64,000 bases of DNA from Escherichia phage EP01, in sequence record OM135583.1; one strand, written 5' to 3'. Positions within the stretch are counted from its first letter, which is position 1, and every line of letters begins with the position of its first letter. A model generated the notes under the pieces. That model searched no databases. It was given only the letters and a program-made list of their open reading frames with translations, and was not told where the DNA came from. Below are positions 62,338 to 64,000 of the stretch, one piece after another. The translations under genes and the position numbers were made by a program.

Positions 62338-62617
62338 ATTGAATCACCTTCAGTTGACGTTTTAGTTCTTTTATCATTTCTTCGTTCATCGCAATATAAA
62401 GATCGCGTAAAGCAGGTTTTAACATTCCATTTATTGGGGAACTAAATGGACATACATAATCTTTTCCTACGAGCTTTTTAGTGAATTCCATATTACAGAA
62501 CTGAAATGCCGGTTCATTGGCATAAATTCCCCATTTGGTTGACATCATTTTATTGGCATATTCCAATGCCTGGATTTGATTCATAATTCCATCAATTTGA
62601 AACTTTTTAATATTCAT
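62321..62617 (-). CDS. hypothetical protein, 98 aa
   Basis: Same-strand ORF with overlapping junctions. Confidence 0.5.
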   Translation of the reverse strand: MNIKKFQIDGIMNQIQALEYANKMMSTKWGIYANEPAFQFCNMEFTKKLVGKDYVCPFSSPINGMLKPALRDLYIAMNEEMIKELKRQLKVIQFGQGN

Positions 62618-63078
62618 TAGTAAAGGTCCTCAGAGTAAAGTTCTTTTTCACTACCACCACGTTCAATACGCACTTGTCCAGCATAAGTTGCAATAATCAT
62701 TGCTTCTTCACGTGTCCAATAATTACTATATTGGTCAATAAACCCTTGATCATCATCACAAACTTGCTGAGTAACTAATTGAGGTTTAACTACATCTAAA
62801 ACTGCTGCCATATCTTTAGAATAATGACGAGCACCTGGAATAACAAGAGTTCGTCCATCTTTTAATTTAAAACGGTTGGCTGCGCAAACAATCCGTCGTT
62901 GATACTTTTGGTTTTCGTCCCAATATGCAGACTGCCAACAGATTTCAGGAACTTCTTTTAGAATATCTTCTTCTGTGCATTTATAACCATGTGCTTTAAA
63001 TTTTTCAGCAAGACTTTCTGGAGTCTCACGAGATAAAGGAACATTCAGCATTTTTAAACGATTAATAAATAGATTCAT
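62617..63078 (-). CDS. hypothetical protein, 153 aa
   Basis: Same-strand ORF with overlapping junctions. Confidence 0.55.
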   Translation of the reverse strand: MNLFINRLKMLNVPLSRETPESLAEKFKAHGYKCTEEDILKEVPEICWQSAYWDENQKYQRRIVCAANRFKLKDGRTLVIPGARHYSKDMAAVLDVVKPQLVTQQVCDDDQGFIDQYSNYWTREEAMIIATYAGQVRIERGGSEKELYSEDLY

Positions 63079-63404
63079 TTAAACCATCCTTTAATGCGCT
63101 GCCACAAAGTTTTCTGTTGAGCTTTGTTAACACCAATTGAGCGAATAACTGGTTGAGATTCCTGGAATTCTTTATAATCAGCAAGGTAAATTTCGTAAGC
63201 TGAATCCGTAAAGGAACTTATAGCTGCCATGAAATTATTGCGAATGCCTACTGGAGCATCTTTACTTTCACGAATAATCATGTATTTGCCAGTCTTAATC
63301 TTTACGATAGTTCCAAGATAAGCTCCGTGGTACCAGATGTCCCATCCCTCTTGAGTAGGTTCTGCGCAACGACGAAGTTCATTAACAATTTCTAACTTGT
63401 TCAT
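63075..63404 (-). CDS. hypothetical protein, 109 aa
   Basis: Same-strand ORF downstream of motA. Confidence 0.55.
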   Translation of the reverse strand: MNKLEIVNELRRCAEPTQEGWDIWYHGAYLGTIVKIKTGKYMIIRESKDAPVGIRNNFMAAISSFTDSAYEIYLADYKEFQESQPVIRSIGVNKAQQKTLWQRIKGWFK

Positions 63405-63414
63405 TATTTATTCC

Positions 63415-64000
63415 TCACAGTTCAGATGCTACGGTGATTACAGCTTCAATGTTTTCTGTTGAGCGTTTAATGTCAAGATACACATTACCGTTTTTAGCGA
63501 TTTTACATGACATTCCGATATCAGTAAATTTCTGAATATGATGTTCCATCATTTTGTATCCAAAAATTCGCATATTTCCATTGTTATTAATTTCAAAATT
63601 ACGAATTCCGTGAGTGCGTTTTTCTAAAATAGCGAGATAGTTACTGCGATAAGTTTCAACTTTTTTAAGAACAAATCCATTTTCATCTAAAAGTTTTAAC
63701 ATGAAGTCTTTATCTTCTTCCATATCGGAAGTAATCTCGCGAGCTTTACGTGTTGCTCGTTTTTTCAGCAGTTCAGGAGCGTTTTCCTGTGCGTATAAAG
63801 TTGCCGCATTTGAAATAATATCCTGAGCTTCACCAGTAATGATTAATCCATCACCAGATTTCTCCACCAGGCCTTTTTTAATCAATACCCCAATATTACT
63901 ATTAACTACTGCGTTACCTAAATCTGGATGCACCTCACGAACTTCTGCAGCTGTAATGAAATCTTTCTTAGCAATGGTAATTAAAATCGCAGCAGTTTTT
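63415..64000 (-). CDS. motA: middle-transcription activator MotA, C-terminal part (N-terminus beyond window)
   Basis: Track fragment from HPDLGNAVVNSN matches T4 MotA; reading frame stays open to position 64000. Confidence 0.85.
   Translation of the reverse strand, partial: KTAAILITIAKKDFITAAEVREVHPDLGNAVVNSNIGVLIKKGLVEKSGDGLIITGEAQDIISNAATLYAQENAPELLKKRATRKAREITSDMEEDKDFMLKLLDENGFVLKKVETYRSNYLAILEKRTHGIRNFEINNNGNMRIFGYKMMEHHIQKFTDIGMSCKIAKNGNVYLDIKRSTENIEAVITVASEL

Overview
This window is a contiguous ~64 kb segment of a T4-like (Tevenvirinae) myovirus genome, collinear with the phage T4 map from gene 18 through motA (cut by the window end). All identifications are from reading the sequence and ORF translations against remembered T4 proteins; no database search was run. 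Plus strand: late morphogenesis genes 18-19-20-67-68-21-22-23-24, segE-uvsW-uvsW.1, baseplate genes 51-27-28-29-48-54, long tail fibre genes 34-35-36-37-38 and holin t. Minus strand: rnlB to inh (including hoc), uvsY-25-26, the alt cluster, DNA ligase 30 and the 30.x array, rIII, 31, cd and cd.x, pseT, a spanin pair, alc, rnlA, denA, nrdB, nrdA, td, frd, 32, 59, 33, dsbA, rnh, and asiA to motA. Gene-dense with short or overlapping junctions. Exact TATAAATA late promoters, MotA-box middle promoters, GTTTACA-17-TGnTAnnAT early promoters and GC-stem hairpin terminators are readable directly. No tRNA, rRNA or CRISPR array seen. I cannot defend a complete novel multi-gene system here. Best candidates for undescribed content are: an opposite-strand 88-aa gene between capsid genes 23 and 24; a 116-aa ORF inserted between frd and td; two intact tandem Alt-type ADP-ribosyltransferases; a NADAR/YbiA-like protein in the gene 30 cluster; and several small uncharacterised ORFs. 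Other differences from T4 as I remember it: Hoc is short (two Ig-like repeats), td and nrdB are intronless, and no segG-like ORF lies next to gene 32. Several track ORFs begin at TTG/GTG; I moved those starts to the ATG with a Shine-Dalgarno where the sequence supports it.
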